The position numbers and the translations under genes were made by a program. The notes beneath the pieces were generated by a model, which did not search any database, had not been told where the DNA came from, and saw only the letters and a list, made by a program, of their open reading frames with translations. A stretch of DNA of 64,000 nt from an uncultured Chloroflexia bacterium (GTDB lineage: Bacteria; Chloroflexota; Limnocylindria; Limnocylindrales; CSP1-4), in the NCBI GenBank assembly GCA_963831745.1, contig CAWHRD010000004.1:46005-110004 (forward strand), written 5' to 3'. Below are positions 57,232-64,000 of the stretch, piece after piece; the first letter of the stretch is position 1; every line of letters starts with the position of its first letter.

Positions 57232-57790
57232 CCCACCCGCGGCCGTGCCTCGGGACCGGCGTGGGGCGGTCTCGCCGGAGTCCGCGGCGGTCCGGTTGGC
57301 CCGCGACTGCTACCTCGACGACCGGCACGTGTACGGCTGCGCGGAGACGGTGCTCGTCGCCCTCAAGGCCGCGTACGGCCTCGACGACCCGCTGGACTCC
57401 TCGGCGGCAATCGCCCTCAACGGCGGTCTCGCCTGGAGCGGGGGGCCGTGCGGCGCGCTCACTGGGGCGGCGATCGCGGTCGGCATGCTCGCCGAGCGGC
57501 GGCTCGGCGAGCATGCACGGGCGAAGCTCGTCGCGCGCGAGGTGATCGCGGCGCTTCTCGATGCGTTCGTCGTGGAGCACGGCGCCGTCGACTGCCGGGA
57601 CCTGGTCGGCGTCGACCTGCGGGCGCCGGGCGGGCACCAGGCGTTCATCGAGAGCGGTGCCTGGCGGGACGGCTGCCTGCGGCAGATCGAGTTCGTGGTG
57701 GGGCGGCTGGCAGCCCTGGCGGATCTCGCCGAGTGGGACAGGACGGTTCGCACGATCGAGGCGCCGCCCGGCGGCCGACTCGGCGCGTAG
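57206..57790 (+). CDS. C_GCAxxG_C_C family putative redox-active protein
   Basis: YGCAETVLVAL...GGPCGALTGAAIAVG, with downstream Cys residues (VDCRDL, DGCLRQI). Confidence 0.65.
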   Translation: MAHDMGPADPPAAVPRDRRGAVSPESAAVRLARDCYLDDRHVYGCAETVLVALKAAYGLDDPLDSSAAIALNGGLAWSGGPCGALTGAAIAVGMLAERRLGEHARAKLVAREVIAALLDAFVVEHGAVDCRDLVGVDLRAPGGHQAFIESGAWRDGCLRQIEFVVGRLAALADLAEWDRTVRTIEAPPGGRLGA

Positions 57791-57863
57791 ACTGCGGGAG
57801 TGGCGCGACCGGGCGGGGGCGGATCGCCCGGTGACCCGGGCGCCGCCGCGTCGAGGAGGATCG

Positions 57864-58571
57864 ATGACCGGGCCCGAGCTCATCTCGCGCAGCGTCCTGG
57901 CGGACCAGGTGAAGGACCGCCTGCTGCAGGACATCCTCGCCGGGCGCTATCCCCCCGAGGCCCGGATCGTCGAGACGAGCCTGGCGCGCGAGCTGGGCGT
58001 CAGCCAGGCCCCGGTCCGCGAGGCGCTGCGCGGCCTCGAGGCCCTGGGGCTCGTCGAGATCCTCCCGTTCCGCGGCGCCCGGATCCGGCGCCCGTCGATC
58101 GGGGAGCTGCTCGAGGCGTACACCGTCCGCTTCGAGCTCGAGGCGCTGGGCGCCCGCCTCGGCGTGCCCCGCATGACGGACGCGGACCTCGCCGACCTCG
58201 AGGCGCTCGGCGACGAGATGCAGCGCGCCGCCGCGGCCGGCGACCGCCACCAGGTCGCCGTCGCCGACGCGATGTTCCACGCCCGGCTCCTCCACCTCGC
58301 CGGCAACGCGACCCTCGAGCGCGTCTGGCGCTCGCTCGAGCCGTTCAGCCGGACCTACATCACCCTCGTCGCGCCCGGCGCCGACGCCCACTGGACGGCC
58401 GACCTCCATCCCCGGATCCTCGCCGCCCTCCGCACCCGCGACGCCGAGCAGGTCGTCGCCGCCCTCCGCGAGCACTTCGACGAGGTGGCGGCGCACCTGG
58501 CGGACACGTGGGCGGCAAGCCTGCCCGGCGCCACGCTCGCGATCCCGGTCGGCGAGCCGGCCCCGGGCTGA
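57864..58571 (+). CDS. GntR family transcriptional regulator (FadR/FCD subfamily), copy 2 (differs from copy 1 only at the extreme N- and C-termini)
   Basis: RBS GAGGAGGA before the ATG. The 641 internal nt are identical to copy 1. Confidence 0.8.
   Translation: MTGPELISRSVLADQVKDRLLQDILAGRYPPEARIVETSLARELGVSQAPVREALRGLEALGLVEILPFRGARIRRPSIGELLEAYTVRFELEALGARLGVPRMTDADLADLEALGDEMQRAAAAGDRHQVAVADAMFHARLLHLAGNATLERVWRSLEPFSRTYITLVAPGADAHWTADLHPRILAALRTRDAEQVVAALREHFDEVAAHLADTWAASLPGATLAIPVGEPAPG
57872..58512 (+). repeat. 641-bp exact direct repeat, copy 2
   Basis: Identical at DNA level to 56565..57205. Confidence 0.8.
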
Positions 58572-58689
58572 GGACGGCGCGCATCAACCCCGCGCGATCA
58601 GGCCCGTCCCGCGCGCCAGGGTTCCCGGCCGGGTCCGCGCCCGATCCGCACGCTCGGTACGGCTCGCCCTCCCTCGCGGACCGGGCGGC

Positions 58690-59637
58690 TCAGGCGTCGG
58701 CGCGGAGAATCGCCCGCACCTGCTCGGCGACGCGCGACGCCGACAGGCCGTAGATGTCGAGGAGGGCGTCGTTCGGACCCGACTCCGGATAGAGGTCCTG
58801 CAGGCCGATCCGGCTGACCCGGGTGGGTCGGTGCTCCCCCAGCGTCTCCGCCACCGCGCCGCCGAGCCCGCCGAGGACCGTGTGCTCCTCCACGGTGATG
58901 ACCCGGCCCGTCCGCTCGGCGGCCGCGACGATGGCCTCGACGTCGAGGGGCTTCAGCGTCGCGACGTGGAGGACGTGGGCGTCGATGCCGTCGGCGGCGA
59001 GGAGGTCGGCCGCGTCGACCGTCCGCGGCGTCTGGGCGCCGGTGCTGATGAGCGTGACGTCTCGGCCCTCCCGGACGACCTCGGCTCTCCCGAACCGGAA
59101 GATGTGGTCGTCGGCAAAGAGCCGCTGGGTGGGGTCGCGGACGAGGCGCACGTAGCACGGTCCCTCGTACGCGGCCGCCCAGCGCAGGGCCTGGGCGGCC
59201 TCGACATCGTCGGCTGGGGCGACGCTGACCATGCCCGGCATCGCCCGCATGATCGTCAGGTCGTCGACGATGATGTGGCTCATCCCCGTCTGCCCCGTGA
59301 AGAGCCCGGAGTAGCTCGGCGTGATCTTCACGTTGGCGCCCGTCTGGGCGATGAGCACCCGGATCTGGTCGAGAGGCCGGACCACGGCGAACGAGACGAA
59401 CGTGCTGATGAACGGCACCAGGCCCATCGTCGCCATGCCGGCGGCGACGCCGAGCATGTTCTGCTCGGCGATCCCCATCTGGAAGTACTTGTCCGGGTGG
59501 GCCTTCTCGAAGATGTCGGCCCGGGTGGAGCTGCCGACGTCGCCGTCGAGCATGACGACGCGCGGGTCGTCGTCGGCGATCGCGGCAACCGTCTCGCCGA
59601 AGATCTCCCGCATGGCGCGTCCGATCGGCAGGGTCAT
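58690..59637 (-). CDS. Transketolase, C-terminal subunit (split transketolase; Pyr plus C-terminal domains)
   Basis: 315 aa (MTLPIGRAMREIFGE...GIAEQNM...). ATGA overlap with the upstream N-terminal subunit. Confidence 0.85.
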   Translation of the reverse strand: MTLPIGRAMREIFGETVAAIADDDPRVVMLDGDVGSSTRADIFEKAHPDKYFQMGIAEQNMLGVAAGMATMGLVPFISTFVSFAVVRPLDQIRVLIAQTGANVKITPSYSGLFTGQTGMSHIIVDDLTIMRAMPGMVSVAPADDVEAAQALRWAAAYEGPCYVRLVRDPTQRLFADDHIFRFGRAEVVREGRDVTLISTGAQTPRTVDAADLLAADGIDAHVLHVATLKPLDVEAIVAAAERTGRVITVEEHTVLGGLGGAVAETLGEHRPTRVSRIGLQDLYPESGPNDALLDIYGLSASRVAEQVRAILRADA

Positions 59638-60899
59638 CGCGAAGCTCCTTCGCCGACCGGGTCCGGCTCGCCGAGCTCGGCCATCGCCTGGGCGAGCTCC
59701 TCGGGCTTGATGACTCGCGTGTGCCAGTAGTAGTGGCCCTCCATGAACGAGACGCCCTTCCCCTTGACCGTGTGGGCGATGACCGCGGTCGGGCGGCCGT
59801 CGTCGCCGTCGGCCGCCGTGCCGAGGACGCGGAGGATGTCGGGCATGTCGTGGCCGTCCATCTCGAGGACCCGCCATCCGAAGGCTTCCCACTTCGCGAC
59901 GAGCTCGCCCGGCACCTGGGGCGGGATGCGGCCGTCGGGCCCGTCGCCCGGCCAGCCGTACTGCTGCAGCCGGTTGTGGTCGACGATCGCGACGAGGTTC
60001 GAGAGCCGGTGGCGCGAGGCGGCCATGGCGGCCTCCCAGACCTCCCCCTCCTGGCACTCTCCGTCGCCGAGCATGACCCAGGCCCGCACGTCTCGGCCCG
60101 TGAGGCGGGCACCGAGCGCCATCCCCATCGCCGCCGAGATCCCCATGCCGAGCGACCCGCTCGACATGTCGAGCCCCGGCAGGCGGGTCATGTCGGGATG
60201 GCCCTGGAGGCGCGAGTTGGCGGCGTCGAACGTCGCGAGCTCCTCGACGGGGAAGTACCCGCGGAGCGCCATCGCGGCGTAGAGGCCGATCGACGAGTGG
60301 CCCTTCGACAGGACGAAGCGATCGCGATCCGGCCAGGCGGGCTCGTCGGGCCGGATGCGCAGCATCCGGAAGTAGAGCGCGGCGAGCATGTCCGCGGCCG
60401 AGAGGGGGCCGCCGATATGGCCGGCCTTCGCGATGTAGACGCTCCGGATGACCTCGACCCGGATCCGGCGCGCGACCTCCTGGAGGCGGGCGATCTCGCC
60501 GGCGTCCACGCCGGCGGCGAGCGACCCGCTCATGACCGGCCCTTCCGCTCGTACGACCCGGGCACCACCGGCGGGGAGAAGAAGCAGACGAGCTCGAGGG
60601 GCTCGGGCCCGTCCGATTTCGGTCGCGTGGAACGTGCCGACCGGGACCCAGACCGTCACGCCGGGCTCGACCTCCGCGGTTGCCTCGGGCGTCACGATCC
60701 GGCCGCGCCCCGCCGCGCAGTAGATCGTCTCCTCCTGCGTGTCGTGGACGTGGCCCGCCGGCTTCGAGCCGGGAGGGAAGATCGAGACCCCCATCGAGAC
60801 ACGCTCCGTCGGCGCGTTGTGCGGCCCAACGTACGTGTACCAGGCGCGCCCGGGCAGCGGGAAGAGCTCGGCCTCGTCGCGAGCCACTCGCTTGATCAT
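59634..60899 (-). CDS. Cupin-domain protein fused in frame to the transketolase N-terminal (ThDP-binding) subunit; alternatively an internal restart at ATG 60533 gives a stand-alone TktN
   Basis: N-terminal about 100 aa cupin (GHVHDTQEETIYCAAGRG...VPVGTFHATEIG) with no stop before MSGSLAAG...GHIGGPLSAADM...GDGECQEG (transketolase N-terminal motifs). Confidence 0.75.
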   Translation of the reverse strand: MIKRVARDEAELFPLPGRAWYTYVGPHNAPTERVSMGVSIFPPGSKPAGHVHDTQEETIYCAAGRGRIVTPEATAEVEPGVTVWVPVGTFHATEIGRARAPRARLLLLPAGGARVVRAEGPVMSGSLAAGVDAGEIARLQEVARRIRVEVIRSVYIAKAGHIGGPLSAADMLAALYFRMLRIRPDEPAWPDRDRFVLSKGHSSIGLYAAMALRGYFPVEELATFDAANSRLQGHPDMTRLPGLDMSSGSLGMGISAAMGMALGARLTGRDVRAWVMLGDGECQEGEVWEAAMAASRHRLSNLVAIVDHNRLQQYGWPGDGPDGRIPPQVPGELVAKWEAFGWRVLEMDGHDMPDILRVLGTAADGDDGRPTAVIAHTVKGKGVSFMEGHYYWHTRVIKPEELAQAMAELGEPDPVGEGASR

Positions 60900-60949
60900 G
60901 CGACACCTCTTGGGTCCGTGCGGATTTGGGGTGGGCGGTGGGCGTGGGG

Positions 60950-62044
60950 TCAGGCCGGCCGGGCGTCGGGATCGGGCAGGACGAGGTCGCGGATCGCCGC
61001 CTGCAGGTCGTGATATGACTTGACGAAGGTGCGCAGCGTGCGTGCGCTCGCGCCGAAGGCCTCGAACTCGTCGGGGGTCATTCCGTCCGGTTCGTAGGCC
61101 CGGCGGAAGTCGGGGACGCGCTCGTAGAGGTCGGCGATCAGCGCCGGGTCGACCGGCACGTCCATGCGCGGCTCGGGGGCGATCCCGCTCTTGTTGAAGC
61201 GGACCTGCCAGGGGTGGGGGAGGGTCATGCTCACGTCGCCGCCCACCAGCTCGGTCCAGTGCAGGCGGTGGCGGTACGCCGCGGCCAGCATCCGCGAGCG
61301 GTAGCCTCGCTCGCGGAAGATGCCGTACGCGCGCTTGAAGGCGGCGATCCCCGCCCAGTTCGGCGCGTCGGGGTGCACTGCGAGGTCGTCCCGCTCGACG
61401 AGGACCTTCATCCAGTCGTCGAGGCGGCCGATCATGATCGTGACGATCGGCGACATCGACGCAGTGTCGCCGCCGGCTGCCGCCCGCCGGGCCAGGCCGC
61501 GCTCCACGGCCTCGGCGGCGGCGACCGCCTGGGCGACCGTGAAGCTCACCGTGGCGTTGATGTTGACGCCGCGGAAGGTCGCCTCCTCGATGGCCGCGAT
61601 GCCGGCCGCCGTCGCCGGGAACTTCACCTGGATGTTGGGGGCGAGCCCCGCGAAGCGGACCGCCTGGTCGACCATCCGGACCGGGTCCCGATGGTTCGCC
61701 GGGTTCGTCTGGACGGAGAGACGGCCTGCGCTTCCGTTGCGAGCTTCGAACACCGGCTGCAGGATCCCGGCACCCCGGGAGGCCATCTCCTCGATGATCG
61801 CCCAGGTCAGCTCCACCTCGGACCAGGCGGGGTTGGCCGCGGCCATCTCGTGGACGCGGGGCGCCCAGTGGGCCCGTTCCTTCTTCATCACGTCGAGCAC
61901 GATGCTCGGGTTCGACGTCGCGCCGGTCGCTCCGCGCTCGACCGCGTATGCCAGCTCGTCGACGGCGCAGGAATTGTTCCAGTACTGGGTGGGCGTCTCC
62001 TGGGTCATTCGCAGGAGCGGGCTGTCGAGCGCGGTCATGACCAT
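60950..62044 (-). CDS. Transaldolase family protein (second copy in the window, long form)
   Basis: TQYWNNSC...TSNPSIVLD...QVKFPAT: transaldolase motifs. Start at the ATG giving MVMTALDSP. Confidence 0.75.
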   Translation of the reverse strand: MVMTALDSPLLRMTQETPTQYWNNSCAVDELAYAVERGATGATSNPSIVLDVMKKERAHWAPRVHEMAAANPAWSEVELTWAIIEEMASRGAGILQPVFEARNGSAGRLSVQTNPANHRDPVRMVDQAVRFAGLAPNIQVKFPATAAGIAAIEEATFRGVNINATVSFTVAQAVAAAEAVERGLARRAAAGGDTASMSPIVTIMIGRLDDWMKVLVERDDLAVHPDAPNWAGIAAFKRAYGIFRERGYRSRMLAAAYRHRLHWTELVGGDVSMTLPHPWQVRFNKSGIAPEPRMDVPVDPALIADLYERVPDFRRAYEPDGMTPDEFEAFGASARTLRTFVKSYHDLQAAIRDLVLPDPDARPA

Positions 62045-62392
62045 GGGGTCACCTCTGCGTGGAAGCGTGCCGGTCGGGCGCCAGGATGGGGCCGATGCAG
62101 GACGCCGCCCAGCTTCCGCCGATCTTCCCGGCGACGACGACCAGGCGTCGGACCGTCGTGGGCCTTGCCCTGCCGCGTGTTCGCCCCCATCCGCCTCCCT
62201 GTTGTGGATCGCGCGTCTCGCGTGCAGGCACATAATCGATCATCGATGCTTCTCGCGCAAGAGGGAAACTGGCGGGGTTGGCGTGGCGTCTCATCCGGGA
62301 AGACCCGGAGCGGGCTCACCCCGTGCCGGTGACCGCCGGCCGCCGCCCGTGCGCGTGCCGGCCGGCAACGAGCGGACGAAGCACGGCGAGGA

Positions 62393-62442
62393 CTTGACGC
62401 GGCCCGGCCTCGGTTCGTATCTTATCGGTAATCGATTATCGA
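62393..62442 (+). promoter_or_regulatory. Candidate promoter (-35 TTGACG, 18-nt spacer, -10 TATCTT) followed by the operator GTAATCGATTATCGAG; second copy of the module at 51377-51424
   Basis: -35 at 62393-62398, -10 at 62417-62422 and the palindrome TAATCGATTA at 62428-62437. It lies 80 nt upstream of the UPF0261 gene. Confidence 0.5.
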
Positions 62443-62521
62443 GTGTCGCGTTGCCATCCCTCGTCCCCGGATGGAGACGGATCTGGGCCGGCGCCGGGTC
62501 GAATTGCAGGAGGCTGTGCGC

Positions 62522-63772
62522 ATGGCGAGCGTCGTGCTCCTCGGGACCCTCGACACGAAGGGCGCGGAGTACGAGTTCCTGCGGGATCGCGTCCGCGACT
62601 TCGGCTGCGAGGTGGTCCTCGTCGATGCCGGCGTGCTGAGCGAGACGTCGCCCGGCGACATCACCGCGGACGAGGTGGCCGAAGCGGCAGGGGAGAGCCG
62701 GGCCGCGCTCGCCGCGGCGCATGACCGGGGCCCCGCCGTGCTGGCGATGACCCGCGGCGCCACGGAGGTCGTGCGGCGCCTCCACGCGGCGGGGCGGGTC
62801 GACGGCATCCTCGGCGTCGGCGGCTCGGGCGGCTCGTCGATCGTCGCCGCGGCGATGCAGGCGCTGCCGATCGGCGTCCCGAAGCTGCTCGTGTCGACGA
62901 TGGGCTCGGGTGACACCCGCCCGTATGTCGGCACCTCCGACATCGCGATGCTCTACTCGGTCGTCGACTTCGCGGGGATCAACGGCCTCTCGGAGAAGAT
63001 CCTCACCAACGCCGCCGCGGGGATCGCCGGCATGGCGAAGGCCTCGGCGGCCTTCACGTCGCGCATCCCGCCGAAGCCGCTGATCGGGGCCACGATGTTC
63101 GGGGTCACCACGCCCTGCGTGACGATCGCCCGCGAGTGGCTCGAGGCCCACGGCTACGAGGTCCTCGTCTTCCACGCCACGGGCTCCGGCGGGCGCTCGA
63201 TGGAGGCCCTCATGAAGGCCGGCTTCATCAGCGGGTCGCTCGACGTCACGACGACCGAGCTCGTCGACGAGCTGGTGGGCGGCGTGCTCTCGGCGGGGCC
63301 CGACCGGCTCGAGATGGCGGGCGCGCTCGGGCTCCCCCAGGTCGTGTCGCTCGGGGCCCTCGACATGTGCAACTTCGGGCCGCTCGAGACGGTCCCCGCC
63401 CGCTTCCGGGAGCGCAACCTCTACGTGCACAACAGCAGCGTCACGCTGATGCGGACGACCGAGGAGGAGTGCGCCGAGCTGGGTCGGATCATCGCCGGCA
63501 AGCTGAACCGGGCGACCGGCCCCCTGACGGTCTTCGTCCCGCTCGGCGGCGTGTCGATGATCGCCACGCCGGGCGGGCCGTTCCACGACCCCGCGGCCGA
63601 CGCGGCGCTGGTCCACGAGCTCCGGGCCGGGCTGCGGCCCGACGTCGAGGTCGTCGAGATGGCCACCGACATCAACGACCCCGCCTTCGCCATGGCGATG
63701 GCCGAGCGCCTCGACGCGCACTACCGCGCCTGGGCAGCCGCGAAGGCGTCGGACGCAAAAGGGCACGCATGA
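62522..63772 (+). CDS. UPF0261 / Tm-1-like ATP-binding domain protein
   Basis: [24 protein letters not shown]... is the characteristic UPF0261 N-terminus. SD GCAGGAGG 8 nt upstream of the ATG. Confidence 0.75.
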   Translation: MASVVLLGTLDTKGAEYEFLRDRVRDFGCEVVLVDAGVLSETSPGDITADEVAEAAGESRAALAAAHDRGPAVLAMTRGATEVVRRLHAAGRVDGILGVGGSGGSSIVAAAMQALPIGVPKLLVSTMGSGDTRPYVGTSDIAMLYSVVDFAGINGLSEKILTNAAAGIAGMAKASAAFTSRIPPKPLIGATMFGVTTPCVTIAREWLEAHGYEVLVFHATGSGGRSMEALMKAGFISGSLDVTTTELVDELVGGVLSAGPDRLEMAGALGLPQVVSLGALDMCNFGPLETVPARFRERNLYVHNSSVTLMRTTEEECAELGRIIAGKLNRATGPLTVFVPLGGVSMIATPGGPFHDPAADAALVHELRAGLRPDVEVVEMATDINDPAFAMAMAERLDAHYRAWAAAKASDAKGHA

Positions 63773-64000
63773 ACGGGAGCGAGGCGCTGGCGCGGCTCCG
63801 CCGCACGCTCGACGAGGGCGGCGTCATCATGGGCGCCGGGGCCGGGACCGGCCTCTCGGCCAAGTGCGCGGAGGCCGGTGGGGCGGACCTCATCATCATC
63901 TACAACTCGGGCCGCTACCGGATGGCCGGCCGAGGCTCGCTGGCCGGCTGCATGCCCTACGGCGACGCGAACGCGATCGTCATGGAGATGGCTGGGGAGG
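63769..64000 (+). CDS. Phosphoenolpyruvate-hydrolase-like (PEP-utilising TIM-barrel) family protein, 3' truncated by the window edge
   Basis: ATGA coupling to the UPF0261 stop. The N-terminus ([38 protein letters not shown]) is the conserved partner of UPF0261. Confidence 0.65.
   Translation, partial: MNGSEALARLRRTLDEGGVIMGAGAGTGLSAKCAEAGGADLIIIYNSGRYRMAGRGSLAGCMPYGDANAIVMEMAGE

Noticed and set aside
1-64000. tRNA, rRNA and insertion-sequence scan by eye (T-loop GGTTCGAATCC-like motifs, 16S/23S conserved blocks, transposase DDE motifs, terminal inverted repeats)
   Set aside because: Nothing resembling these was seen. tRNAscan or cmsearch would be needed for a definitive negative.

Overview
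This is a high-GC (about 70%) window, compositionally actinobacterial, with 60 annotated features including 51 protein-coding genes, no rRNA, no evident tRNA, no CRISPR array and no recognisable transposase. Much of the six-frame ORF track is Arg/Pro/Ala/Gly-rich alternate-frame artefact typical of this GC content; these were rejected.

Main coding content, 5' to 3':
- glycyl-tRNA ligase C-terminus (truncated at the window edge), a GNAT acetyltransferase, and an ECF sigma factor coupled (ATGA overlap) to a membrane-anchored TolB-like beta-propeller protein
- a roughly 1.1 kb lower-GC islet encoding a Cys-rich secreted protein and a small membrane protein
- an NfnAB/SudAB-like ferredoxin:NADP oxidoreductase pair
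- MscS channel plus a tandem helix-hairpin-helix protein, a metallophosphoesterase lipoprotein, a DAG-kinase-family lipid kinase and a dual-specificity phosphatase
- a plant-type ferredoxin-NADP reductase divergent from pyruvate phosphate dikinase, then a PAS-PAS-EAL membrane protein
- a giant cytoplasmic 5xGAF-4xPAS histidine kinase (about 1667 aa) in an operon with an atypical receiver-only protein and a NarL-type regulator
- a HAD-IB hydrolase, a polysaccharide deacetylase, an APC permease, a Zn-ribbon/SHOCT protein, an MFS transporter, two GT4 glycosyltransferases and a PAC2 protein
- an adenylate cyclase, a NagB/Pgl-family enzyme and a Gfo/Idh/MocA oxidoreductase
- a DEAD-box helicase, a DUF1918 protein, a flavodoxin, a NUDIX hydrolase, a Tyr phosphatase and a transaldolase
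- a fused E1 alpha/beta plus E2 2-oxoacid dehydrogenase operon with a DeoR regulator

The most interesting stretch is the final 13 kb, which looks like an uncharacterised catabolic island. It holds a Liv-type ABC importer (substrate-binding protein last), two GntR regulators that are exact 641-bp DNA duplicates flanking a C_GCAxxG_C_C redox protein, a split transketolase whose N-terminal subunit is fused in frame to a cupin, a transaldolase, and a UPF0261 (Tm-1-like) / PEP-hydrolase-like pair. The importer operon and the UPF0261 operon are preceded by near-identical promoter-operator modules: a -35 TTGAC(A/G), a 17-18 nt spacer, a -10, then the palindrome TAATCGATTATCGAG.

Other notable cis features:
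- an exact 18-nt repeat coinciding with the giant kinase's start codon and recurring after its cognate regulators, in both places forming an 'MDG-stop' mini-uORF coupled by ATGA to the next start
- several tandem repeat arrays in intergenic regions (23 bp x5, 60 bp x3, 28 bp x2, 19 nt x3, 18 nt x2.5)
- strong GC hairpin terminator candidates after the sigma/propeller pair, PPDK, the EAL gene and the ABC operon
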